A stretch of 63,776 nt of DNA, counting the filler, from Octopus bimaculoides (taxonomy: Eukaryota): assembly GCF_001194135.2 (NCBI RefSeq). It is 6 parts of 6 records of this genome, joined end to end, with 100 filler letters (N's around TTAATTAATTAA, not from the genome) between each part and the next. Parts side by side here need not be neighbours in the genome. Positions count along the whole stretch, not along the records: positions 31,159 to 45,494 come from NC_068985.1; positions 45,595 to 57,694 come from NC_069002.1; 4 more parts are not named here. One strand, given 5' to 3'. Below are positions 37,968-49,823 of this stretch, piece after piece. The translations under genes were made by a program, and so were the position numbers. The stretch's first letter is position 1; each line of letters starts with the position of its first letter. The notes beneath the pieces are model-generated. The model saw only the letters and a list, made by a program, of their open reading frames with translations, ran no database searches and had not been told where the DNA came from.

Positions 37968-38617
37968 GGGGTCATTCCTTCGATATAACTCGACAAAATC
38001 AAAATATTTCACTTGCTGTTTTCGTGAAAAACTGAAAAGCACGTGGTCAACTGTCGTGAAATAGGAGGAGGAAAAGAAAACTACTGGCTTGTTTCTCTGT
38101 GTGTGCTTGTTCTGTTCTGTATTTATTTGTTGTGGAATATAGATATAACGAAATTATACCAGCAATGTCGCATTTTAAACTTGAAAAAAAAAAAGCTTTG
38201 CATATTTGTTCTTACCTGCTTCATGTATGTATGTAAAATCGTAAATTTAGTGGTTAAAAAAAAAAAAACATGGACTACTGTAATTGATACGGCGTTTTCG
38301 TTTTCTGTTTTCTGCTTGGAAATTTACGAATTTTACATACACACGTGAAACAAATATGCAAGGCTTTTTTTTTTTTCTTCAAGTTTGAAATGCGATACTG
38401 CTGACATAATTTTGTTATATCTATATTCCACAACATATAAATACATAAAAAAACAGAACAGGCACACACACACACACACACACACACAGGAATAAGCACG
38501 CAGTCACGTACAACCCATTAGCTTTCTTCTCCTCCTCCTATTTCATGACAGTTGACCACGTGCTTTTTCACGGAAGTGAAGCGTTTTGATTTTGTCGAGT
38601 TATATCGAAGGAATGCC
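37968..38617. mobile_element. ~650-bp foldback/MITE nested in the hAT element
   Basis: cattccttcgatataactcgacaaaatcaaaa...ttttgattttgtcgagttatatcgaaggaatg; arms complementary over ~300 bp; ORFs 38043+ and 38499- are mutually similar; no TSD found. Confidence 0.88.
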
Positions 38618-39527
38618 AAAAATTCTTTGTCACCCACAAAATGTTCGCCAAAATCTCATATCGCTTGCCATTTTCTAGAAATTCGCCCATCGTCCACCAG
38701 TGGGCGATATCGCCCGCTTTGGGAAGCTATGGGTTAAACTAAAAACCTGAGTCAAATACTTTGTAGAGTGTGAATTCTGCCAAAAACGCAGAAAATTTCA
38801 AGTGGCAGTGTTAAACTGGGTGATGGATTTAAGTTTACCAGCAGGATAATATTTTACTAGCAAGAAGCAATAACTGTAGAAGTGGTGAACAAGGAAATAA
38901 ATAAAAGCAAAAAATATCTTGGTTAATTAAAATTACATCTACTAGAATGAAAAAGATTAAGAGAAGCTATTTATATAAATCATCCTAAGAAAGGATGATT
39001 TATATTTTTATTTTGCTAAGTTATTTCATTTCTAGTCACAATAATATATTATATGATTTTGAAATTTCCCTCTGCTAAGCACTTTATATTTTTCTCTACT
39101 TCAACAAACTTTTTTACTGTGTAATTCACCTCTTCATGTCTTCATTTCTCTCTTTCTCTTTACCTTTCCTTCCCAACCCTACAGCACGTCATTTACACTT
39201 CTCTCTCCCAGTTTTCTCTCGCAGTCTTTTTCTCTCACTCTTCACCTCTCCCTTCAACTAACTACATGATGCATTTGACCTTAGTACATTACTATACTCC
39301 TCTCTTCTTTCTCCTCTACTCACATTCCTCCCCACCTCTCACTCACTCCACCTCCACCTCTCTAACTAACTAAAGAATAATGGGCAAGTGAACAAGCAGA
39401 TTATCGTATAGATATTGATGAGGAAAAACATTGTTAGCTTAATGATTAAGAAAGGTAGTGTTAATAACTCCAAAAACAGGCAGCACTCTAATGGATTCCA
39501 TGGTGTGCATGAAGGTTTTGGGTTTGG

Positions 39528-39752
39528 CAGCGAGCTGGCAGAAACGTTAGTACACCGAGCGAAATGCTTAGCGGTATTTCGTTCTGAGTTCAAATTCCGC
39601 TGAGGTCGACTTTGCCTTTCATCCTTTCGGGGTCGATAAATTAAGTACCAGTTATGCACTGGGGTCGATGTAATCGACTTAATCCCTCTGTCTGTCCTTG
39701 TTTATCCCCTCTATGTTTAGCCCCCTTGTGGGCAATAAAGAAATAAGAATGG
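39528..39752 (+). mobile_element. SINE family B, young full-length copy
   Basis: ggcagcgagctggcagaaacgttag...gagttcaaattccgctgaggtcgactttgcctttcatcctttcggggtcgataaattaagtacc. Confidence 0.93.
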
Positions 39753-39944
39753 GGAAGATACAAACAGCTGCAGTTCTCTGATACTGACTTTTTAATCAGA
39801 AACACTAATTTCAAGAAACCAGCAATCCACCTGATCACCTATCAATCTGGTGGACACAGACGCCAGACAGACTAATTTTCTCCAAGAAACAAGATCGATA
39901 AATGGTTGTGAATATAAAGCCTTTCCCCGGTAAATAATCATCAT

Positions 39945-40262
39945 CATGATTATTTAATGTCTGCTTTCCATGCTGGCATGGTTTGAGAGGAACTGGTAAG
40001 CTGCACCAGCTTCCAATCTGATTTGGCATGGTTTTTACAGCTTGATGCCCTTCCTAACACCAACCACTCCAAGAGTGTAATGGGTGCTTTTTACATGCCA
40101 CTGGTATGTATGTCAATTACATGACACCAGCATCAGCCACGACTACAATTTTACTTGGCTTGACAAGTCTTCTCAAGTACAGCATATCGCCAAAGGTCTC
40201 AGTCAGTTATCATCACTGCCATGAAGCCTAACAATCGAAGATCATGCTTCACCACCTTGTCC
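39945..40262 (-). mobile_element. RTE-type 3' end or RTE-tailed repeat
   Basis: catcatcat..tttaatgtctgctttccatgctggcatgg..gatgcccttcctaac; reverse complement matches the tail at 45045-45085. Confidence 0.65.
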
Positions 40263-40279
40263 CCACAATCTTATATATA

Positions 40280-40780
40280 TGTTAATGGTTAGTGACTTCA
40301 GATTTAAAGCTCAGCAGTCAATCTTGAAAAAAAAGATATGGAAGCTTAAAGGTTCAACAAAGTCAGACATTTAGACAAGATCTAGCTCAAGCATTTGATT
40401 ATAGGGAAGAAGATATTGAAACTTAAACCTTAGAGGACAAGTGGGAGTCACTATGGGTAACAGACCAAGTCTGTGGCAAGCGCAAGGTTCCAACCAGACT
40501 GGAGGTAACATGATGGTGGAACAGTGAGGTAAACAGTGTAAAGACATGCGAGAAAAGGGCCAGCAGGGAAATATACTTAACAGCTGGAAGAAAAATTGGC
40601 TGACACAGAATGTGAGATGTTTGCCAATGTTCTATGGCATGTGGTATTCCAGATTGTAAGACATTGTACCAAAGCAAATTGAGATACTGTTGGGGAAAAG
40701 AGTGTATAGATGAACAATAGTGCAGTTGCATTTTGTGATTCTGAAAATAAAGAAACATGGAAGTGCTTTTATGAAAAGCG
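40280..40780 (+). mobile_element. RTE LINE endonuclease-RT linker remnant
   Basis: LMVSDFRF..KIWKLK; WWNSEV; DTVGEK..AFCDSENKETWKCFYEK. Confidence 0.6.
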
Positions 40781-40930
40781 TCCCTGTAACTTAGCGGTTC
40801 GGCAAAAGAGACCGATAGAATAAGTACTAGGCTTACAAAGAATAAGTCCTGGGGGCGATTTGCTTGACTAAAGGCGGTGCTCCAGCATGGCCACAATCAA
40901 ATGACTGAAACAAGTAAAAGAGTAAAAAGA
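40780..40930 (+). mobile_element. SINE family A tail
   Basis: cctgtaacttagcggttcggcaaaagagaccgatagaataagtactagg...ggcggtgctccagcatgg. Confidence 0.9.
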
Positions 40931-40931
40931 G

Positions 40932-41292
40932 AGAGTGTTCATTTTCACAGTTGAAGTATATTAAAAATCTCATCAGAACAACTATGCAACAAGGCCAGCT
41001 GACTGCTTTATCTCTATTAAGTATAGAAACAGATGTGTTATGTGAGATTAATTTTGAGGATTTGGTCAAAGACTTGACAATGAAAAAAGTAGGAGAAACC
41101 TTTTCAAATATAAACAGGGTGGAAGTGTGCAAAAATAAACATTATTTTTCATCTCACTGTTAGTTTCGTTTCATTTTGAAAAATAAAAATTTATTTTACA
41201 GTCTATTGCTGTTTATATTTTGAATTACATATATATGGGGACACCAAAATCTTTTAAGTACTCAGGCCTCTATGAGTCTTAATCCAGCTCTG
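40932..41292 (+). mobile_element. hAT-Tip100-like 3' fragment (dimerisation domain and TIR)
   Basis: ECSFSQLKYIKNLIRTTMQQGQLTALSLLSIETD..INFEDLVKD; ends ggcctctatgagtcttaatccagctctg. Confidence 0.8.
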
Positions 41293-42790
41293 CTAAGGAT
41301 GTTATGAATACTTACATGATAAGCTACAAATACTGCTAACTGTAATTCTCATTTTGCTGTTTTGCTACTAATTATAAAACGGCTTCATTAGTTTGTTGTG
41401 ATATGAGTAGTGCAACCAACTAGGAATTTGAACATCAGAACAAGATTGTGTTACCTGTAAGTTGCTGAACAGTTAAGATGTTAATCTGTTGGATTAATAT
41501 CCTGACACAATGCTGTCTTTCTGAAAAAGCACTAAACTCGCAATGGTTAGGCCACTTAACTGTAAGTACATGCTACGTACTAGCAGTATAACATGTTTTC
41601 ATAGGCTGCAAAAATACTCAATATGACTATTGATACTTTCATTAGCTTGCAATGTTAAAATCCTTTCTTAGATAAAACCTGCAGTACACTTTATACCCAG
41701 AGAAAAAGACATCTTCTATCAGTGCAACATAGCATCAAAAATAAGGGCCAGCAAGCTTTCTCAAGTACATAGACTGTCTGTCAGTGATTGTTACTGTACA
41801 AGATTGTATGGAGGAATATTCTGATGTCAGTAGGTTCAATATAGTGTCTTTCACATTCACAGCACTCAAAACCATGTTCATTAATACTAGATTAACCATG
41901 AGCATAACAAATTTCAATTTTCTCTAAAATCATACAAGTTTCATATGTATAAAAATAAATAAGTTTGTGTGATCTGAGTTTGCAAAATCAGGTGTAATTG
42001 TCAAATTGTAGGTATTTCCCATTAATTATTTTGTTAAAACATTTTAAAAATATATAAATATTGCACAATCATACAGCAGTTATTCTTTATAGTATATTCT
42101 CTCCATTAGCACTAAACACATTGAAGTTAAATGTTTAACTACTAATGATGAAATTTTTAAAAAATAAACAATAACTGGTTTTGCTGAAATGGCTAGGGTG
42201 GGATTATAAATGGCCTTGTCTAAACTATATTTAGTCACATAGAAATCTACAGTAAACATACTGTCAAAAATGAAAAAGGAAAGAAAGAAAACTAAATAAA
42301 TAAGTTAAGTATTACGAAATTGTATTGACAGTTATTTGGTTAGTTGCATATTTAAAATATCTTTGTAGGTTTAACAAAATGATATTTGACTAAATCTCTT
42401 TTAAACAGCTGAATTATAACAAAACAACTTCAAAAATGAATTTATTTGTTGTTGATTTAGGAAACAATGCTATCTTTTTGTCAATATTGCTAGATTTACC
42501 TGTTAAAAGAAGATTGTTTATATCACTGGACCTGTTAAAGGAAGATTGTTTATATATCTTTAGCATCAAATTATAAAACAACAAATTCAAAACTAAATTT
42601 GTTTTTAATAATGATGATGATAGTGGTAGTGTTGATGGCAGTGGTAGTGGCTATGAAGTGGGGAAGTGTGGTGGTGATAGTTCAGTTGGTGATGATCAGA
42701 TAAATGAACCTTTGTCAAATTCCTTTAACCAGGCATAAAACTGATTTTTGCAAAGTATTTGGTTAATAAGATCAATTGACACATGTTTCC

Positions 42791-43017
42791 TTAACCTTTG
42801 CCATTTAATCTGGTCATATCCAGCCCAAATATTCTACTTGTTTTATGTTAAAACTGACCGGATCTAACCTCTCACACTCACCCTACAATGTCATTCTCAA
42901 AATATACAAACACACCATTGAAATTTTGAAGCTACCAGATAATGTGTGATTAATTTAAGACTATGTGGATAAATAAGTATTACATTTGACAGAGTAATCT
43001 GAATGCTAAAGGACTAA
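42791..43017. mobile_element. piggyBac-like MITE, second copy
   Basis: ttaa|cctttgccatt...atttgacagagtaatctgaatgctaaagg; similar along its length to 36128-36355. Confidence 0.72.
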
Positions 43018-43784
43018 ACACAGAGGGCTGAAATACACAAACAACCATAGCAAGATTTAAGTTCTCCATTCATTCATCCAGGTCAAGCAACTTTCCTGCA
43101 ACCAAGGTAACTTTTCCACACCAGATGGCCCAATCAATCCCTAAGGTATGAACGTTTAGCCTGAGTTATAGCCACATTGATCTTTCACTAGCGTAAATAT
43201 CTCATCTGCACATACCACAACTACAGATAACTGAACTGGTCAATCCTGTTGTCTGTTCATCCAATCAGCATGTAGTGATATTCGCCATTAATTCAATAAG
43301 TGCATTTGTTGAAATAGTTCACATCCACCATGCTGCATCCCATAATTTCAATGTACTCTGACTCAGGTCATTACATGTTATTTAACCCGTGGCTGGAACC
43401 TGACAAGTGTTGTTACTCCAGGGTCAGAGTAGACTGGGAACAAGTAGTAGCTAAGAGGTGGTTCCACACTCCTCAAAACCCAAGAACTCCTGAACCAGGA
43501 TCCCACTACTGGATGCAGTTCAAAGTCTGCTCATCTTGTTGCCAACTCCCATCTGCTTCCATGCAAGGTAACATTTTTCCACCATAGTCTGAGTGATGCT
43601 GCAGCATGGCAGAAGTCCAATAACTGAAACAAGTAAAAGATAAAAAGATTAACAATAAAGTAAAGTTGTAAATAGACATGGCATCCCATCTTCCACCATC
43701 TTTATCAATCTGATAACTTCACCAACTCATAGGCTTATGTGTAACAAATCATATCAGATCTGTTTATATTTTATGCATTCTTCC

Positions 43785-43880
43785 ATCACTCCATCATTCA
43801 ATCATTCCATCATTCCATCACTCCATCATTCCATCACTCCATCATTCCATCACTCCATCATTCCATCACTCCATTCCACT
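43785..43880. repeat. 8-bp minisatellite (CCATCAYT)n
   Basis: Visible tandem repeat. Confidence 0.9.
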
Positions 43881-44213
43881 ATTGTTCACCTCCATTACAA
43901 TTCATCACTTCACCTCTCTCCCACACCACCCTCTTTCACCTCCAACCTCCATCATTCTATATCTGCTTCCTTACTCTCATTCCCTCCAACAATTTGAGCA
44001 ATGCCACTGCTTGCTTGTTCTCTTAAAGCAGCCCATATGTTGCTTTTTAGTCTTGCTATTTATTGATCTCCAATCTTTTGCACAAATGTGGCAACCATGG
44101 GTGTCTCTTGCTATAGGTATTCAGATAGTTAATACCCATACAGCAATTAAAATTAATCCACATCATTGAATGCAAAAGAAGTCACAGGTGTTATGCTGTC
44201 ACAGATGTTATGT

Positions 44214-44252
<39 letters not shown>

Positions 44253-44889
44253 TGCTTATCTTATTTGGACTCCTCTCAAAATCTTTCGAGAATTTTATGC
44301 ATGTATCATATAAAGCAGAAATATCGTTATAACAAATATTCTGCTCAATTCCACAGATTTGCTTGTCAGTTGCTTGAGCTTAACCACTTGAGCATGTCCC
44401 TTGGTGGCTGACAATTTGGGCATTTCTGATCATGAGCAGGAGCAGTGGGGAGCATCATAGCCATGTGTTGAGGGGGAATATTTGGGGTTTGAATAAATGT
44501 ATCAAAAGCAAGTTTGAAGGAAATATTAGCCATTTTACATATTTTCTAGGGGTAAACAAATACGAAATAACAGTTGCTACTCAAGGACATAAATCGTGTT
44601 ACACAGTGTTATTGACATGTATCCCTGATCTCAAAAGATGAAGTTACTGACCCAGTTTATCATGACAGCTTATTGAATAAATAATATTTTTATTTTTTAC
44701 ACTGAAAATATGATTTCTCCCACACTTGATATTGTATCCCTTCATTCCTAGTCAAAAGTCAAAAAAATTTTCCACTAAAAAACATCTACCCTTCAGATAT
44801 TATGGCCTCATTGACACTCGGCCTCTGTTCTTCGGATCTATAAATCTTTGTCATCTGCTGCTTACACACTCAATTACCAACAGCTGTGA

Positions 44890-45085
44890 TATTAAAAAGC
44901 TCGCTTTGCAATTACATGGTTTCAAGTTCAGTTGCACTGTGTGGTACATGCGGCATGTATCTTCAACTATAGCCTCAGACTGGCCAATGCCTAATGAGCT
45001 AATTTGGTAGAAGGAAATTGTATGGAAGCCCATCATGTGCTTATAAACCCATGCTAGCATGGAAAGTGGACGTTAAACGATGAAA
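44890..45085 (+). mobile_element. Family A-type SINE head with RTE-type 3' tail
   Basis: Degenerate head ..tatcttcaactatagcctcag..atttggtagaaggaaa followed by aacccatgctagcatggaaagtggacgttaaacgatg. Confidence 0.65.
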
Positions 45086-45374
45086 CGATATATATACACA
45101 CGTACATACATATGCATATATATCCCTGCCCTTATTCTTGTATATTTTATATTTGATACCTCTAAGTTAGGTGGTTAAACCGTAATCCCTTCACACGGGA
45201 CTTTTTTCATACGGGACTATTTGTGACGCACATGGAATAGATTTCTTTGAGATGGGATGCCTGAACTCACTAGCCGATGAATTCGTAAGTGCCTTTCTTA
45301 TCGTTGATTTTTGGTGTCGCATGGCCAAGAATTACCGTGAATTTTTTTAGAGACACTTTCAAATTTATCAGAAT

Positions 45375-45438
45375 ATCGGACTGATGATTTGGAATAGGGA
45401 TTTTTCATTCTCTTAACCATGAAACGATCGTATCCGAT
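45375..45438 (+). ncRNA. Type I hammerhead ribozyme (minimal, Penelope-type), near intact
   Basis: ATCGGA-CTGATGA-t-ttgg..ccat-GAAA-CGATCG-TA-TCCGAT: 6-bp perfect stem I, full core, palindromic stem III, GUA triplet. Confidence 0.78.
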
Positions 45439-45611
45439 TAACTAAAGACTTGTTTTGTTTATGCTTTCCCCTCCGGTTTTTTGTTCTATGTATGNNNNNN
45501 NNNNNNNNNNNNNNNNNNNNNNNNNNNNNNNNNNNNNNTTAATTAATTAANNNNNNNNNNNNNNNNNNNNNNNNNNNNNNNNNNNNNNNNNNNNTATATG
45601 TATATATATAT

Positions 45612-45775
45612 ATATATATGCTTGGCGGCATTTCGACCGCCTTGCGTTCTGTGTTCAAATTCCTTTCATTCTTTCGGGGTCGATAAATTAAGTACCAGTA
45701 AAACATTGTGGTCCATGTTATCGACTAGTCTCCTCCCACCAAATTTCAGGATTTTTACCTATAGTTGAAAGGTTT
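45612..45775 (+). mobile_element. SINE family B
   Basis: ttctgtgttcaaattcctttcattctttcggggtcgataaattaagtacc. Confidence 0.8.
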
Positions 45776-45780
45776 ATTAC

Positions 45781-45826
<46 letters not shown>

Positions 45827-46221
45827 TTTATTGTTGTTGTTGTTATTATTATTAGTTAATATATCTGATGGTATACAGCTATACACCTAAGTTAGTAAAT
45901 GTGATATTATAGTTTGTCGGTAAAGCATGTTCTTCGGTTGCTCAGTAAACAAATCTACACTCAAGGATACACCTAAACCAGTTCCATGGTATCTCTCCTG
46001 TGAGGGATCGATGCTTGATGGGTCGAAACAATTGCAAAAATGGTTTCCATCTTGTGTCTCTCTCATTAATCACACGCATACATACACACACACAAATATA
46101 CATATACATGTATGTATATATATATATATATATATATATNNNNNNNNNNNNNNNNNNNNNNNNNNNNNNNNNNNNNNNNNNNNNNNNNNNNNNNNNNNNN
46201 NNNNNNNNNNNNNNNNNNNNN

Positions 46222-46263
<42 letters not shown>

Positions 46264-46299
46264 AATGTATGTATGTATGTATGTATTAGGTCGCTCTCA

Positions 46300-48558
46300 A
46301 GTTGCTCGTGTTGGTACTGACAATCAGGCGTGGGCGGGTGTACTTAGTCACCATGGTATAGGTTGAATGAACTCCAGCAATGTGCGTGTGCTCCCCATCT
46401 GCAGGGAATTCTGTCTAAGCGTTACAAATACCTTTTTTCAACAGCGAAATAGTTGCAAGACGACCTGGATGCATCCTAGGTCTAAAGATTGGCATCTTAT
46501 AGACTATGATATCACAAAGAAACGAGATATTAGGGATTTTAACATTACACGTTCCTTTCATAACACCTGCAATCTCTCTGATCAGTCTCTTCTCCGTAGT
46601 AAGGCTACGTTCCATCTGAAACGCATAAAACTACAAAAGTCATCAGAGCCTAAGAGCATTAATGTTCTGCCTTCGAAAATAGTTGAAAAGCAGGCTGAGC
46701 TCTCTATCAAGTTTAACACTACACTCAACACTGTTGATGTCAATGATGGTATAAAAACATCTTGGAAAGATCTGCGTGATGCAACGCACACCGCATTTGT
46801 AGAAGTTCTGGACTTCCAGTTCGTAAACATCGAGATTGGTGCAACGATAACATCATAGTTGCCCAACAGTTGACAGACTTATAAAACATGGATAAATGAG
46901 AAGAGCTCATCCAGAAAAGAGAACACCTACAAGAAATGCAGAGGCCAGCTCCAACGTGTTCTGAGTCAGATGATGAAGGCTCCATGGTCTTCCAACGATA
47001 CCGAACTCCAAGAAGCTGCAGACAGAAAGGATTCTAAAGCCTCTTCGATGGCCTCGAGACAGTGTATGGTCCTCAAGGGCACGATGTTACTCCTATATTT
47101 TCATCGAATAGAGAGACAATGTTGAGTGACAAACCTGACCTCCTGAAACGGTGGAAAGATTACTTCGAGTCACTAATTATGACGTCATAACCTCCATTCC
47201 AGAGCACTCTAAAATACCGGAAGTGTCTCTGGAGCCAACCTTCCTGGAAGTGGTAAACACGGTTAAACAGATATCTTTTGGTAAAGCGCCTGGTAATGAG
47301 GCTGTCCCTCCTGAAATCTACAACATGCATGGTGGACAGAAGCGTTTTAAAAAAATTTGCATAAGCTCTTCGTAAACATATGGATGGTAGGCCGTGTACC
47401 ACAGGACTTCAAGGATGCCTCAATTCAACACCTGAAGTATACATTTGACAACATACAAAATTGTGTCAAGTTCCATTTCCAAACAAGTGGTGGACTATTC
47501 CCTCATCAGCGTTTCAAAACCAAACCACTGCTACGCACCAGCATCTCTCGTGAGCTTGCAAATGATGCTGTACTAGTAGCGACCTCCTTAGAGAAATCTG
47601 AGCAACTTCTAGACCGGTTTTCCGTTGCATGTAAAGCCTTTGCTTTCACCATCATAAAGAAGACGGAAGTAATCCACCAGCATTGCCAAACTCCTAAATA
47701 AATCCGAGGTGTCAAGCAGAGGACACCGGTTCACAATTTTCCTATCACTCCAATACAGGCTGGTAGAGAAAACATAAATATGTTGATAGTAATATGAATT
47801 CGAGCGCTTTTCGTGACGATGAAATCGTCAACCGTCTTACAAAGGCAACCAGCGCATTTGGAAAACTCCGTCATCGCCTATGGATTGAAAGGGACATCAA
47901 ACATGACGCCAAAGTAAAGGTCCATAAAGCTGCCATTTTTACTACTCTCTTGTATGGCTCAGAATCGTGGATACCCTATAGACGACACATTAAGCAACTA
48001 GGCAGCTTCAACAAAGGTTATCTAAGGACAATCTGCGGTTATTCACTAGAAGACAGATTTTCTAATGCCGACCTGTTTAGCAAGTGTAAGATTGGTGTAA
48101 TCGAGAGCTTCCTCATGCAATCATAACTGCGCTGGGCTGGCCAAGTCGTCAGAATGAGTGAATACCCAAAGTCCTAATGTACAGCCAGCTTGAGAGTGGA
48201 CATAGGAATGTTGGTGGACCATGGCTCAGATATAAGGACAAGCTGAAGAGTATCCTTTTGCTCACAACACTTTTGTGCGAACAGCCTTGGAACAGACAAA
48301 ATGGAGATCGTTGTATCAAAATGGTATTACATGCTTCGTTGCAATTAGCATTTACAGGCTTCGGCGTGCAAGACGAATGGGAAGTGGCTGAAAATATACC
48401 ACTTGCACTGACCTGTAATCCTCATACTTGCAAATTCTGTGGCCTTCTTTGCAAATTGTGGGTGGGACTTGAATTTCACATGAGAAATAGGCATTATGAC
48501 TAGCAAAGAAAGAGTACGTTGTCGGCGCCTCATACGTTGATACGGTCGGGAGAGTCCA
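46300..48558 (+). mobile_element. RTE-BovB-like LINE, 5'-truncated, RT core deleted
   Basis: ARVGTDNQAW..TNTFFQQ..KTTWMHPRSKDWHLIDY; GKAPGNEAVPPEIY; VPQDFKDASIQHL joined to FHFQTSGGLF; DEIVNRLTKATSAFGKLRHRLW; TLLYGSESW; CKFCGLLC..HMR. Confidence 0.92.
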
Positions 48559-48769
48559 TATATATGTGTGTGTGTATATATATATATATTCAAAATTAGA
48601 GAGAGGGAGTGATAGAGAGAGAGAAAGAGAGATACATAGATAGATAGATGTTTACACATACATATATAATATAATCGGGTGCTTCTGGTAGGGACATCTT
48701 AGGTCCTTATGTTTCGAAATCCATATTTGTAGAGAGCAATTTCAATCTGTTATTCTTTTATTCCTGTAC

Positions 48770-48960
48770 TTATTTCTTTAAGCCATTAGACTGTGATCAT
48801 GCTAGGGCACCGCCTCGAAGAATTTTAGCCGCACGGATCGATTCCTAATCCTTTCTATTTTAAGCCTAGTCCTTATTCTTTGTCACCAAACGTAAACATA
48901 CTAACACCAGTTTCGAATCAGCTGTAGGGGACAAACTGACAAACACATTCAGACACACAC
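48770..48960 (-). mobile_element. SINE family A tail
   Basis: gccattagactgtgatcatgctagggcaccgcc... Confidence 0.75.
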
Positions 48961-48980
48961 ATGCACACACAAACACACAC

Positions 48981-49039
<59 letters not shown>

Positions 49040-49189
49040 TGTGTTCGTTCTTGTGTGTTGGTCCGTGTGATTGTGCATGAATATGATCGAGCGTAGATTA
49101 TTAAAATAATATATAATAATGAGGTTTTATGTCCAAATTAAATATTAAATCTGTTTGGTGATTTGGTGGTCGACTTAATCCTGGAGGCT

Positions 49190-49823
49190 TTTCGACAAAT
49201 TCTCTCTTATTAGAAAGCTAAGCGACCCTCGTTGCACAACGAAAACAGTAAAGTTTGGGTGTATGAGTTTGACATTGAGGATACATAAAAAGTGAACGTT
49301 TAAGAAAGTTGGTTAAAATTGACGGTAACTTGAACAGGACCCAATACATCCAGTTGCTAAAGCACAATTTGATACCAGATTACGCTAAAGGTGAGATTTT
49401 TCAATATGACAAAGCTCCATGCCACAGATCGTGGGAAACGCAACAGAATCTGGCTAATGAAAGCGTTACCGTATTGGACGTTTGGCCAGCTCAGAGCCTT
49501 GACTTAAAAATCATCGAGCAAATGTGTACAGAACTAAAGGAAAGAGTTCGTCCGAAGAATCCACCCAATCTTGAAGTGTTGTGGGAGCTCAGCTACAAAA
49601 AATGGCACCTCGTACCTGGTGAAGGATTTGTACGCATAACTTCTGAGGTGCACTGAAGGAAATTATTCAAGCTAAGGGAAGCCACACGAAATATTAATAA
49701 TGTACAGTAACATTTTTGAAATGAAAATTATGTAATATATATTCATTACAGACATTTTTCTGCTTTAAAACATTCTATCTTGACTGGTTTATGTGAAGTG
49801 GCCGAAAACATTTGTACAGCCAT
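49190..49823 (+). mobile_element. Tc1/mariner transposase remnant with 3' TIR
   Basis: RCTTKTVKFG..VKIDGNLN..YIQLL..FQYDKAPCH..WPAQSLDLKIIEQM..LK (DD34E-like); AKGSHTKY*; gtggccgaaaacatttgtacagcca. Confidence 0.88.

Larger units (their letters stand above)
36358..38731 (-). mobile_element. hAT DNA transposon (Buster/Charlie-like) with 8-bp TSD
   Basis: TIRs CAGTGTTTCCCAAAC and (rev-comp) CATAGCTTCCCAAAG; TSD agttaaac (36350-57) / ggttaaac (38732-39); subterminal ATCGCCC repeats. Confidence 0.9.

Noticed and set aside
39528-39610. tRNA gene-like A/B boxes (also in other SINE heads)
   Set aside because: No cloverleaf; continues into SINE core and tail
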